Counted from the stretch's first letter, positions 29,330-37,470 are shown. The stretch: 37,875 nt of DNA from an uncultured virus (IMG/VR IMGVR_UViG_3300006879_000002) (IMGVR_UViG_3300006879_000002); one strand, 5' to 3'. The notes: generated by a model from the sequence alone, not told the origin. Program-made: numbers and translations.

Positions 29330-30775
29330 CGGCGCAGCCTGATGTGGGCCTATTCAGCCCCTTCGCTGCGTGTGGGGCGTATCCGGTGCGGGTGTGCTGT
29401 GTGGTTGCTTGGTGGTGTGCCTGTTGTGCCCTGGTGGGTGCTTGGGGGTTCTGGGGTGTTCCTGAGGGTTTCCAGGTGTTCTTGGTGGTGGTCGGGGTGG
29501 TGTGTGGCCGGATGGGGGTTGCGGGTGCGCTGTGTGGGGGTGTCGTGGTGTTCCCGCACCAGTGTTCCCGGGTGCGGGAGTACCACGGTGTTCGTCGGGG
29601 CCCCTTGTTGCTGGCGGGGTGGTTGTGTGTGGTTGGCGAGTGTGCTGTGGGTGGTGTTGGTGAGTGTGGGCAGGCAAGGTGACCCGTGGGGTGTGCGGGG
29701 CTGGGGTGCAAGGTGGTACAGGGGGTTCTTGGGGTTTCCTTGGGGTGCCGTGGGGTTCGTGCGTGTTGGCAAGGTGGCCGCGTGGGCGCGGGTGGCCGTG
29801 TCCGGGGATGGTTGGTGTGTGGGTGGCTCGCTGCGCTCGCCGCCCTTGCGGGCAAAGGCCCTGCCCATTTTGCGGGGTCGGGCGGGTGTTTCCCTGGTTG
29901 TGGGCAAGGTGGCCGGGGTGCGGGAATCCCCAAGGTGTCCCGGTGGTGCCCCCGGGGGATTCCCGTGGCCCAACCATGGGAGGAGGCGGTGTGCAAGGAG
30001 AGGGGCACGCGCGCGGGGGTTTGGCACCCAAGGGCCCCTGTGGGGCTCCCAGGAACCCCTGTGGTGCACCCTCCAGCTGGCGCGCACCCTCACCAAAGGG
30101 GCCCCGGTCGTTCGGCACTCACCCCCCTCGGCTGCGCCACGGCACCCAAGGGGGACACAAGAAGGGGCCCCGGTTGGTTGCCACCTCCAAGACGTGCAAG
30201 GGGGCGGCCCCCTTGCACAACCCCCTGGCTCACACGCCCAAAGGAGCCCCCTCCGGGAGCCCCTGGGGGATTCCCCCAGGACCCCCCGCCGCGCGCCTCC
30301 TCCTGGTCGCCGTCGCCGCAGCACCTGGTTGCCTCTCAGTCACCCCGAGAGGCGTAGGGGTCTCAGAAGGGGGACTTGGGCGTCCCCCTTCTGAGGGTTT
30401 CCCTGTCTTGGTTTCTCCTTGTTGTGTTGCGTGTGCGTGGTGGGTTGGTGGGGTTGTGTTCTTCCTCCGGTTCCCATCCCTTGCCTTCCCCCTTTTGGTT
30501 CTGGGTTGGTCTGCGTGTGTGCAACGTTGTGTTGTACGTGTGGGGGCTGGGGTGCGTGGGGTGTTCCTGGGTGGCCCTGGGGGTTCGTGCCGCTTGTCTG
30601 TGGGGGTGGGGTGGTTGGCGCTCGCGGCGGGTGGGGTGTGTGGTGGGCTCTTGGGGGTTGGCGGCTGGGTTGGCTGGTTGGTGGGGTTGGTTGACCGGGG
30701 CCGGGAGAGCCTGTGTTGTGGGGGTGGTGGTGTCAACTGGGTGGGTGCGGTTGCCTGGTTGGTTGCCTCCTGGGG
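29330..30775. other. Non-coding G/T-skewed, hairpin-rich region; candidate oriT / single-strand origin
   Basis: Only low-complexity ORFs. Inverted repeats at 30194-30218, 30262-30280 and 30362-30395. CAAGG repeats. Adjacent to the putative relaxase. Confidence 0.55.
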
Positions 30776-30791
30776 TGCTATACTGAGAATG
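30774..30791 (+). promoter_or_regulatory. Putative extended -10 promoter (TG-C-TATACT)
   Basis: GGTGCTATACTGAGAATG upstream of a GAGAGG RBS and the ATG at 30823. Confidence 0.6.
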
Positions 30792-30822
30792 TTGGTTCCC
30801 CAACATGAGAGAGAGGCACACC

Positions 30823-31290
30823 ATGGCAAGCGTCCAGGTGATGGAGGAGACCGCCAGTCCGGCCACTGTGGGTCAGTGGCTCGACACCTTGGAGTCGGCT
30901 GACCGCGCCAGTATGGTGCGGGTGCTCGAGGAGGTGTCCCTGGAGCCCGGCCAGGCGGGGTGGCAGGACACCTACGGCGAGTGGGTCAGGCATGGGGGTG
31001 TGATCGACACTGGTGATTACCGTGACATCGGTCGCGCCCTGGAGCGTGAAGGGGTGCAGGTGGTCATGGTGCACGACCCGGAAGAAGGGTGGGCCGGGTT
31101 CCAGGCAGAGGCCACCGTCGATGGTGGGGAGTTTCTGCTGGTGCAGTTCCACAGTATCGAGGAGGTGTCCCTGACCCGGCAGGGTTTCAGTGGGCCGGAG
31201 CAGGTACTGGGGGTGGTGCAGCTATTCGAGGAAGCGATGGACGCGGTGACCGCCCGGGCTGCCTCTCTGGGGCAGGGCGCCCAGGGGTGA
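30823..31290 (+). CDS. Acidic hypothetical protein (155 aa)
   Basis: Promoter plus GAGAGG RBS before the ATG at 30823; normal high-GC codon usage. Confidence 0.7.
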   Translation: MASVQVMEETASPATVGQWLDTLESADRASMVRVLEEVSLEPGQAGWQDTYGEWVRHGGVIDTGDYRDIGRALEREGVQVVMVHDPEEGWAGFQAEATVDGGEFLLVQFHSIEEVSLTRQGFSGPEQVLGVVQLFEEAMDAVTARAASLGQGAQG

Positions 31291-31486
31291 GCGTCTGTCC
31301 TTGAGGGGGGCGCTCGCGGTGTCCTGCCTGTCCTCGTTGGGCGGGGTAAGGGGTGCCGTCAGGGTTGCCGCTCGAGGCGGGTGGTTCCCGGTTGTGCGGG
31401 GATGCCCGGGCGTACCTGGTGTCCTGGCTGGGGGTGCTGGCCAGTGTGCCCCATGCCGGGTACAACACTGTGTTGTGTGTGGGTGG

Positions 31487-32410
31487 TTAGCGTCGCCACA
31501 CGTGCACGTGTTCCCGTGCCAGCAAGGGTGCCCCTTCGGGTCCTTTCACGTAGGACGGCACCCAGGTGGGGCGGCGGAGTGACCGGGCCGGGCCGTGGGC
31601 CTGGTTGCGCCAGTGTCCTCGCACCACCCAACGGTGGGTGTAGGTGCACCCCTCGGGGTCCTCGTCCTGACTGGTGTCGGTGGCGGGTTGGAGGCGTCGC
31701 AGTTCAATCACCCCCACCCCCCCTTGCCTCTCCCAACCCCCACCCCTCCCCTTCTTCCGGCCACGGTTGCTGCCGCCGTTCTTGGTGGGCAGGTGCTTGC
31801 GGGTGGCCACGGTCGGCTGGGCCATCATGATCCACGTGGCTACGGTCGCGGCCACCAGTCCTGCCGCGTCCCCTTCGACGTCTTCGGGGTCTTGGGCCTG
31901 GTCTGCGGGGATGGGTGCGACGGTGGCGCCGATCTGGAGGGTGCCGTTCAGGGTGGGTCCGTCGGCCAGGTGGATGTCGGTGGTGTGCATGAGGGCGCGC
32001 AGGTGCAGGTGGCCGCCGTAGTGGGACCAGGTGATGCCTGCGACGGGGGCGTGGGGGACATGAGACACCCCGAGGGCTCCGGTGGGCCACGCCTGCCGGG
32101 GGAGCGCGGTGGCGGGCAGGGGTGGCATGTCCCCGTCCCAGATGAGCATGCCGTAGTCGGCGGGCAGGATTGCTGCGGGGGTGAAGGTGGGGAGGTCTTC
32201 GGAGGCATCCAGTGCCACGCGGGTCATGTCGCGGCTGACCCAGTACAGTTCGGCGGCGGTCAGGTGGCGGGCTGCTTTGAGCATGTCCCGCGAGTGGGTG
32301 GTGGTGGTGGCTACGTCCTGGCGTGCGGCGGCGATGGTGGCTGCCAGCTCGTCGCGCAGGCGGGGCAGGCGCATGGGGGTGATGCGGTGGCTGGTGGGGC
32401 GGTCTGACAT
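31487..32410 (-). CDS. Hypothetical MGE protein with C-terminal VRGHWR motif
   Basis: HRWVVRGHWRNQAHGP...PTWVPSYVKGP, a motif I recognise from uncharacterised phage/plasmid proteins. AAGGGA RBS. Confidence 0.7.
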   Translation of the reverse strand: MSDRPTSHRITPMRLPRLRDELAATIAAARQDVATTTTHSRDMLKAARHLTAAELYWVSRDMTRVALDASEDLPTFTPAAILPADYGMLIWDGDMPPLPATALPRQAWPTGALGVSHVPHAPVAGITWSHYGGHLHLRALMHTTDIHLADGPTLNGTLQIGATVAPIPADQAQDPEDVEGDAAGLVAATVATWIMMAQPTVATRKHLPTKNGGSNRGRKKGRGGGWERQGGVGVIELRRLQPATDTSQDEDPEGCTYTHRWVVRGHWRNQAHGPARSLRRPTWVPSYVKGPEGAPLLAREHVHVWRR

Positions 32411-32463
32411 GAGGGGTCCCTTATTCGAAGTGGGGGACGGGCATGAGGTTGCGGGGTGGGTGA

Positions 32464-32787
32464 TCAGCAGGACTGGCCCCGTTCGCGAGCGCGACGGCGC
32501 ACCTCGGCCAGTGGGATGCTCACCCGGCGCGGGGACTCCCGGATGGACTCCAGGCCCCCGGCCCTACACAGTTGCCGCCCCCGCGCGTCGCTGACGCCCA
32601 GGATGCGGGCTGCCTCCTGGGTGCCCACGAACACCCTCTGGCCCTGTGCGGGCTGGGATGCGTCGCGTAGTGCGGCGACCAGTGCCTGCACGTCCTCGGC
32701 TGCCTCCCGGTCCCCCTGAGCGCGCAGCCGGTCCGCGAGTCGCTGCCCACGCTGGGTGAGGTCTCGCACCTGGCCCGTCTCGGTCAC
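32464..32787 (-). CDS. Excisionase/MerR-like (HTH_17) DNA-binding protein
   Basis: FVGTQEAARILGVSDARGRQLCRAGGLESIR. GTGA overlap with the upstream gene. Confidence 0.8.
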   Translation of the reverse strand: MTETGQVRDLTQRGQRLADRLRAQGDREAAEDVQALVAALRDASQPAQGQRVFVGTQEAARILGVSDARGRQLCRAGGLESIRESPRRVSIPLAEVRRRARERGQSC

Positions 32788-33353
32788 ACCGAGTCCTGGG
32801 AACTCTCGGGCAGGAACACCATCAGGTGCTCAATCTCTTCGACGCGCTCGCGGGCGATATCGGCCAGCTCATTGGCCACCCGGTAGGGGATCGCGTCCCG
32901 CCCGGATTCCCAGGCGCGCACGGTGCGCTCGCGTACCCCCAGCACGTTCGCGAGCGCGGTGTGGGTCAGGCCCAGGTACTCGCGGGTGGCGCGCAGGTGC
33001 TCCGGGGTGGGCCTGGTCGGGGCCACGGTGGCGGGCTCGGGTTCCTCGCCCTCGCCTTCGGTGTCGTGGTCGTCGGCGGTGATGTAGGTGGCGGGCACAT
33101 CGTCCAGGCCCAGGAGGAAGGCGGCGTAGATGCGGTAGTGGCCGTCCCAGATTCTGCCGTCCGGGCCGACCTGGATCGGGGTGGTGATGCCATGGGCCCG
33201 TATCGAATCGACCAGGGCGCGCACCTGGGGGTAGTGGTTCTCCCGCAGCCAGGCGAACTCGACCGACCACGGGTGCTCATCACCGGGCTGCACGCGGCCC
33301 AGCAGGGCCACCAGGCTCGTCTGCGTCGTCAGAGATGGTGCGGTGGTTGTCAT
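32784..33353 (-). CDS. ParB/Srx N-terminal domain fused to an XRE-type HTH
   Basis: LVDSIRAHGITTPIQV...IWDGHYRIYAAFLLG, then LRATREYLGLTHTALANVLGVRERTVRAWESGRDAIP. Confidence 0.85.
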   Translation of the reverse strand: MTTTAPSLTTQTSLVALLGRVQPGDEHPWSVEFAWLRENHYPQVRALVDSIRAHGITTPIQVGPDGRIWDGHYRIYAAFLLGLDDVPATYITADDHDTEGEGEEPEPATVAPTRPTPEHLRATREYLGLTHTALANVLGVRERTVRAWESGRDAIPYRVANELADIARERVEEIEHLMVFLPESSQDSV

Positions 33354-34039
33354 TTGGTCCCCCGTTCTGGCAGGGACGCCAGTAGGTCGTCCATGTCTTG
33401 GCGCTCCTGCTGGCGTGCGGCCTCACGCTCTCGGCGGCGATCCTCGACCTTCTGCTCCTTGCGCTCCTCCAGGTGCTCGCGTGCTATGCGCATCCCGGCT
33501 TCCGGCATCCCGCGCTCGCCCGCCGCCCTGAGGAAGTCCAGCGGGTTCTTGCCTTCGATGCTGGGCAGGGCGGCGATGCCCTCAAGCGTGTTCCACCGGG
33601 AGTCGCCCCTGAGGAAGGAGCCCACGGTTACGGTCAGGTCACTGTCGGTCAGGTTGAAGTAGCGCCGATCCGGGTCCAAGCGCTTTGCCGTGGTTGAAGA
33701 GCCGAATGCTACGAGAAAGGCGACGACACCAGCCGCGCCGCATATGCCGCCAACAAGGACGGGATAGCCACTGGTCACGAACTCGGTCAGCGAGAAGCCC
33801 GAGGACACTGCACCCCAGACCCCGGCAACCACTGATGCGACCAGCAGAATCGTGCCGACAGCCGTAGCCACTATGGTTGTGGTCTCGTGGCGCCTGTGGG
33901 CGCGTTTCTGTTGGTCAGTCATCTCGGTCGCGGCCACTAGGTCGTGCCCCTGTGGGGTGTCGGCCACGAAAAACACCTTGGCGCTGGAATCGTGGACGGG
34001 CAGGGACGTCTCGTGCAGAAAGTACGGAGTGGTGCTCAT
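33350..34039 (-). CDS. Two-TM membrane protein (229 aa; start re-assigned)
   Basis: AAGGAG RBS before the ATG at 34039, two hydrophobic helices, charged coiled-coil tail. Confidence 0.7.
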   Translation of the reverse strand: MSTTPYFLHETSLPVHDSSAKVFFVADTPQGHDLVAATEMTDQQKRAHRRHETTTIVATAVGTILLVASVVAGVWGAVSSGFSLTEFVTSGYPVLVGGICGAAGVVAFLVAFGSSTTAKRLDPDRRYFNLTDSDLTVTVGSFLRGDSRWNTLEGIAALPSIEGKNPLDFLRAAGERGMPEAGMRIAREHLEERKEQKVEDRRREREAARQQERQDMDDLLASLPERGTK

Positions 34040-34065
34040 GCGGGGCTCCTTGAGGGACGGGCGCA

Positions 34066-34269
34066 TCAGGACTGCGTGATGCTGATAGCCAGGTAGGACT
34101 CCTGCCACTGTGTGGGGTCGTGCTGGAGGAGTGCCTCGTGCAGCTGCTCGAGCGCGTCGGTCACGTCCTGTGGGGCGTCGAGGAACCATCCGGCGATCCG
34201 CGCGGTGATGTCTTCGCGGTCTTCGACCTCGATGATGTCGTCGGTAATGGTGTCGGTGACGGTAAACAC
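34066..34269 (-). CDS. Small acidic hypothetical protein (67 aa; start re-assigned)
   Basis: AAGGAGG RBS before the GTG at 34269, TG-C-TACAGT box at ~34331-34339. Confidence 0.7.
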   Translation of the reverse strand: MFTVTDTITDDIIEVEDREDITARIAGWFLDAPQDVTDALEQLHEALLQHDPTQWQESYLAISITQS

Positions 34270-34377
34270 TGTGGCGACCTCCTTCTGGTCGGGTGGTCTG
34301 AGGCGTTTCCCCCTGACCGCGTTATCTTCACTGTAGCACCCTATGGTGACAACACAAACAGGCGGAGGCCGGGAGCA

Positions 34378-34391
34378 GTAACGGGTGTTAC
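34378..34391 (+). repeat. GTAACGGGTGTTAC copy 4
   Basis: Exact match; flanks extend the palindrome (GGAGC-A ... G-GCTCC). Confidence 0.9.
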
Positions 34392-34552
34392 GGCTCCAGG
34401 TACGCCGCCCCGGCGGCGCCCTCAACTACAGGCCGGGGCGCCACACACCCAGGAGGGCGGGAGTGGGGAAGGGGCGAGGGTTGGGAACCTTCTTCCGGGG
34501 GGCGAGGTGGGTGGCCAAGGGAGTGGGGCCTGTGTGGAGTGCGGACGTGGCG

Positions 34553-34566
34553 GTAACGGGTGTTAC
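34553..34566 (+). repeat. GTAACGGGTGTTAC copy 5
   Basis: Exact match in the divergent intergenic region. Confidence 0.9.
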
Positions 34567-34746
34567 GGGTAGAGGCGGGGGTGTGAGCTGCCGCTGCCAT
34601 GGCGAGAGGGTGCGCGCGAAGCGTGCTCGGTTCTACTGGGAGGGGGTGAGTCGTGAAGGGTGCCGGATTCAGAGAGGGCGGCAGGGCAAGGTAGCGGCAC
34701 GCACACATCCGTGCTAGTGTGTAGTAATGATTGAGAGAGGCGCACA

Positions 34747-34995
34747 ATGAGAACTACTACCATCCACGATCAGGCATCCACCTACACGCAATGCCGATTG
34801 GGGGATATGCCCCCACACGTCGCAGACGCCACCCGTCAGGCCATGCGCGACGACGGCTACCTCCACGACCGTGGCGGCGGCATCAACACCTTCAGCCCCT
34901 TCGATGACATGGATGGCGAGTACTACTGGCTGCGTCGGTCCTATGTGGCGGCAGCGCTCGCGCGACTCGATGACGAGAAGAGGGGACGGGCATGA
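34747..34995 (+). CDS. Small hypothetical protein (82 aa)
   Basis: GAGAGG RBS, ATGA overlap with the next gene. Confidence 0.7.
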   Translation: MRTTTIHDQASTYTQCRLGDMPPHVADATRQAMRDDGYLHDRGGGINTFSPFDDMDGEYYWLRRSYVAAALARLDDEKRGRA

Positions 34996-36086
34996 GCGAA
35001 CTTCCAGAAACCGGGGTCGCCTACCAATGCCCGGACTGCCAGGCCATCTACACCCAGCATGACCTCGTTCCCCTGTACGAATGCTCCCGCTGCGGCGGAA
35101 GCACCCCGGAGCGGCGCTGCGAGGAGTGCAACATCTTCACCGCCCGCGCCGGAGAAGGCTGCGAGGAGTGCGCCGCCGAATGCGAAGAGGTCGAAGTCGT
35201 CGAAGACCACGACGGCGCCCTGATCCCCACTGAGGAGTGGGACCCCGAGGAGTCCAAGGCCGCCCGGGACGCCGCCTACGCGGCAGAACGCGCCCGCGAG
35301 CGCGAAGAAGGGAAGGCTCGCGAGCGCGAGCGCCGCGACGCTGCCGCCACGCAGGTTCGGGCTGACCAGGTGCAGGTGGGGGCGTGGATCATGCACCCCA
35401 GCCCGGATGAAGGTCAGGATGATTGCCGAGTTGCAGTCCAGGTCGTCTACGACTGGGGCCACCACCGTGGCGTGGTCGTCAGCGAGTACGGGATGGCGCA
35501 GGTTCTGCGGGTCCCCCGGGAGACCATGTTCACTGGGGTGCCCGCCCCAGACCGATGGTCCACCGCCGACGAAGCGCGGGGCGGCTTTGACGCGCCGTCG
35601 TTCGACCCGGACGGTGGCGCCATGATTGCCTCCTCCGCTCCCCGGGCGGGCACGGAGGATTTCGAGATCACCCTGGCTAAAACTCCCCGCAACCTGTCCC
35701 CGTGCGGCCCGTTGCCGTGCCTGAGCATCAGCAGGATCGCCGGATCGTTGGGTACGGTGCTGGGCGTGTTCGTGGACCGTGGCCACGCCGAGCGGTCGCT
35801 GGCGGTGTGGGAGGCGGCTGCTCGAGCGCTCGCGGACGCGCAAGGGGTCGAACCGGTGCCTGATCGCATAGGGGCGACGCTGATCCGCGAGGGCCTGTCG
35901 ATGCACGCTGACCGGCTGGGCACTCCAGTCAGCATCGCCCTGGGCACCAACGACATGGGGCTGGACCCGGACCAGAGGCTGCTGAACGTGCATGTCGGGG
36001 GAAGTTGCGCCTCGCTGGCGGACCCGGGCCGGTTGCTGGCTGCGGTGCAGATCGCGCGCGCCGAGTTGGGGCACCTGAACGGGTAG
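34992..36086 (+). CDS. Hypothetical protein with N-terminal four-CxxC metal-binding domain
   Basis: CPDC, CSRC, CEEC, CEEC within the first ~60 aa, then a charged helix and a globular domain. Confidence 0.75.
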   Translation: MSELPETGVAYQCPDCQAIYTQHDLVPLYECSRCGGSTPERRCEECNIFTARAGEGCEECAAECEEVEVVEDHDGALIPTEEWDPEESKAARDAAYAAERAREREEGKARERERRDAAATQVRADQVQVGAWIMHPSPDEGQDDCRVAVQVVYDWGHHRGVVVSEYGMAQVLRVPRETMFTGVPAPDRWSTADEARGGFDAPSFDPDGGAMIASSAPRAGTEDFEITLAKTPRNLSPCGPLPCLSISRIAGSLGTVLGVFVDRGHAERSLAVWEAAARALADAQGVEPVPDRIGATLIREGLSMHADRLGTPVSIALGTNDMGLDPDQRLLNVHVGGSCASLADPGRLLAAVQIARAELGHLNG

Positions 36087-36099
36087 TAACACCCGTTAC
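36086..36099 (-). repeat. GTAACGGGTGTTAC copy 6 (reverse orientation)
   Basis: GTAACACCCGTTAC overlaps the last base of the upstream stop codon. Confidence 0.9.
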
Positions 36100-36156
36100 G
36101 GTTTCGCTGCGTGGTGGTGGCGCAGCGGGTGCCATATCCGCATGGCTGGATGGACC

Positions 36157-36170
36157 GTAACAGGTGTTAC
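36157..36170 (+). repeat. Motif copy 7 (GTAACAGGTGTTAC, 1 mismatch)
   Basis: Read directly from the sequence. Confidence 0.85.
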
Positions 36171-36187
36171 GTCTCGTGCTGCTTCTG

Positions 36188-36459
36188 TGTGGTGGACGTG
36201 CGTGATCAAGCACCTGTTCCAGGACCTGGACAATCCCACCGACGCCGACGCCCGGGCCGTCGGCGCTCAGATCGCCAAAGTGCTGCGCAGCTCCTCGTGG
36301 CTCAAGGTTGACCAGCGTGATGCGGAGGCGCGCCTGGGGGAATCCGAGGTTGCCATGTGCGCCGAGGAGTTCGAGGACATCGAAGACCTGAACCACTTCA
36401 GCGCCGTGATTGATCGGCTCTACGATCTCGCGGACGCCGACCGCGTATGGGTCGCCTAA
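36188..36459 (+). CDS. Small acidic protein; 5' end uncertain or truncated (start coordinate approximate)
   Basis: Coding-like from IKHLFQDL to DRLYDLADADRVWVA. No convincing RBS, and the ATG at 36142 would read through motif copy 7. Confidence 0.5.
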
Positions 36460-36578
36460 ACGGCCAACTCCGCAGAGGGGAACAGCCCCAGACCAAGACG
36501 GCAGACACTGACCAATCTTCACCCGGCCTGCCACCGTCGGCGGGCCGGGCTCCACTCATCCACGACAGAGGAAAGGCC

Positions 36579-36974
36579 ATGACCACCACCACGCCCGCAA
36601 GCATCGTCGACCGCATCGACCCCGAGGGGGCGCACACGGCCTGGACCGCGTACGAAGCGGGACTGGAAGCCAACGCTCTGGCCCGGCAGAACCTCCGGTT
36701 CATCATCCTCACCGAGGCGCACTCCCGAGGCCTGTGGGACTGGGAGACCGCCGTGACGGGGGGCGGGAACATGGAGGCCAGCGCATCCGCCCACCAGCGC
36801 ACCGAGGACACCCGGTTCGCGTGGTTCACCGTAGAGATGGACCCGGACGGGCCGGTCTACTTCCAGGGTGACGCGTGCTAGGAGGCCGACACTGGCGCAC
36901 TGATCGGGGCCACCTGGGGCACCGCCGAGGAAGCCGAGGAGGCCGGTCGCTCCTGGCTCGCTGGCCAGCACTGA
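36579..36974 (+). pseudogene. Hypothetical protein with probable premature TAG at 36879-36881
   Basis: GAGGAAAGG RBS before the ATG at 36579. The frame continues EADTGALIGATWGTAEEAEEAGRSWLAGQH to TGA at 36974, followed by a hairpin. Confidence 0.55.
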
Positions 36975-36981
36975 CCAACAC

Positions 36982-37013
36982 GCCCCGCCCCCGCCAATCA
37001 CGCGGGGCGGGGC
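36982..37013 (+). terminator. GC-rich hairpin after the TGA at 36974
   Basis: GCCCCGCCCC(C)GC ... GCGGGGCGGGGC, no U-tract. Confidence 0.4.
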
Positions 37014-37027
37014 CCTGCCGCGAGAGG

Positions 37028-37190
37028 AACGGCGGCGAGGGCAGACCATCCGCGAGTACCTCGGCCTGACCGTAGATGCGCTGGCCGCCATCCTCGGCGT
37101 CCAGCCCCACACGCTGCGGGCATGTGAGGCAGGAAGGTGCCCGATCCCCGAACGAGTCCGGGTCGGAAAACGTGGCCGAGCTCGACCGCA
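37028..37190 (+). pseudogene. Decayed XRE-HTH gene, paralogous to the HTH of 32784..33353
   Basis: From 37042: QTIREYLGLTVDALAAILGVQPHTLRACEAGRCPIPERVR. No start codon and apparent frameshifts on both sides. Confidence 0.75.
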
Positions 37191-37346
37191 CGGGCGGGGC
37201 CGAGTAGACGATGTGCCGCCCCGTGGCAGGGGGGTGAGGTCTTTCTGGGTGTAGGGCCGGACGATGCGGACTCATTGCCGCTGGTCGGCGCCCACCTGTG
37301 CGTGTCGCCATCGCGGAGAGTGTCCGTAGCGCCTCCCCAGGATGGC

Positions 37347-37360
37347 GTAACGGGTGTTAC
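37347..37360 (+). repeat. GTAACGGGTGTTAC copy 8
   Basis: 21-nt identity ATGGCGTAACGGGTGTTACTA shared with 29260-29280. Confidence 0.9.
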
Positions 37361-37470
37361 TACCTGCGTGGAGGGACATGAGAGACGCTGCCATTCGCGG
37401 AGCACGCAGAAGGCAAACCTGCTATAGTGATATGCGAAAGGATCGAGCACCCACACCCGACGAGGACACC

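Noticed and set aside
29827..30116. CTCGCTGCGCTCG and CGGTCGTTCGGC recall sequence near the ColE1 origin
   Set aside because: Two separate 12-13 nt GC-rich matches about 270 nt apart; compatible with chance, with no other vector-like sequence.
29229..30902. Long overlapping ORFs on both strands in the G/T-rich region
   Set aside because: Low-complexity G/V/W/C or P/T/H translations caused by stop-codon depletion in skewed DNA; no RBS or recognisable motifs.
12418..36881. Global TAG reassignment suggested by two in-frame ambers
   Set aside because: TAG also ends apparently complete genes (20467, 23222, 36086, 37719) and no suppressor tRNA is visible; independent nonsense mutations or errors are simpler.
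29219..37360. The 14-bp motif as a host LexA SOS box
   Set aside because: The actinobacterial box is CGAAC-N4-GTTCG with a variable spacer. Here the arms are GTAAC/GTTAC and the spacer is conserved; only the geometry is similar.
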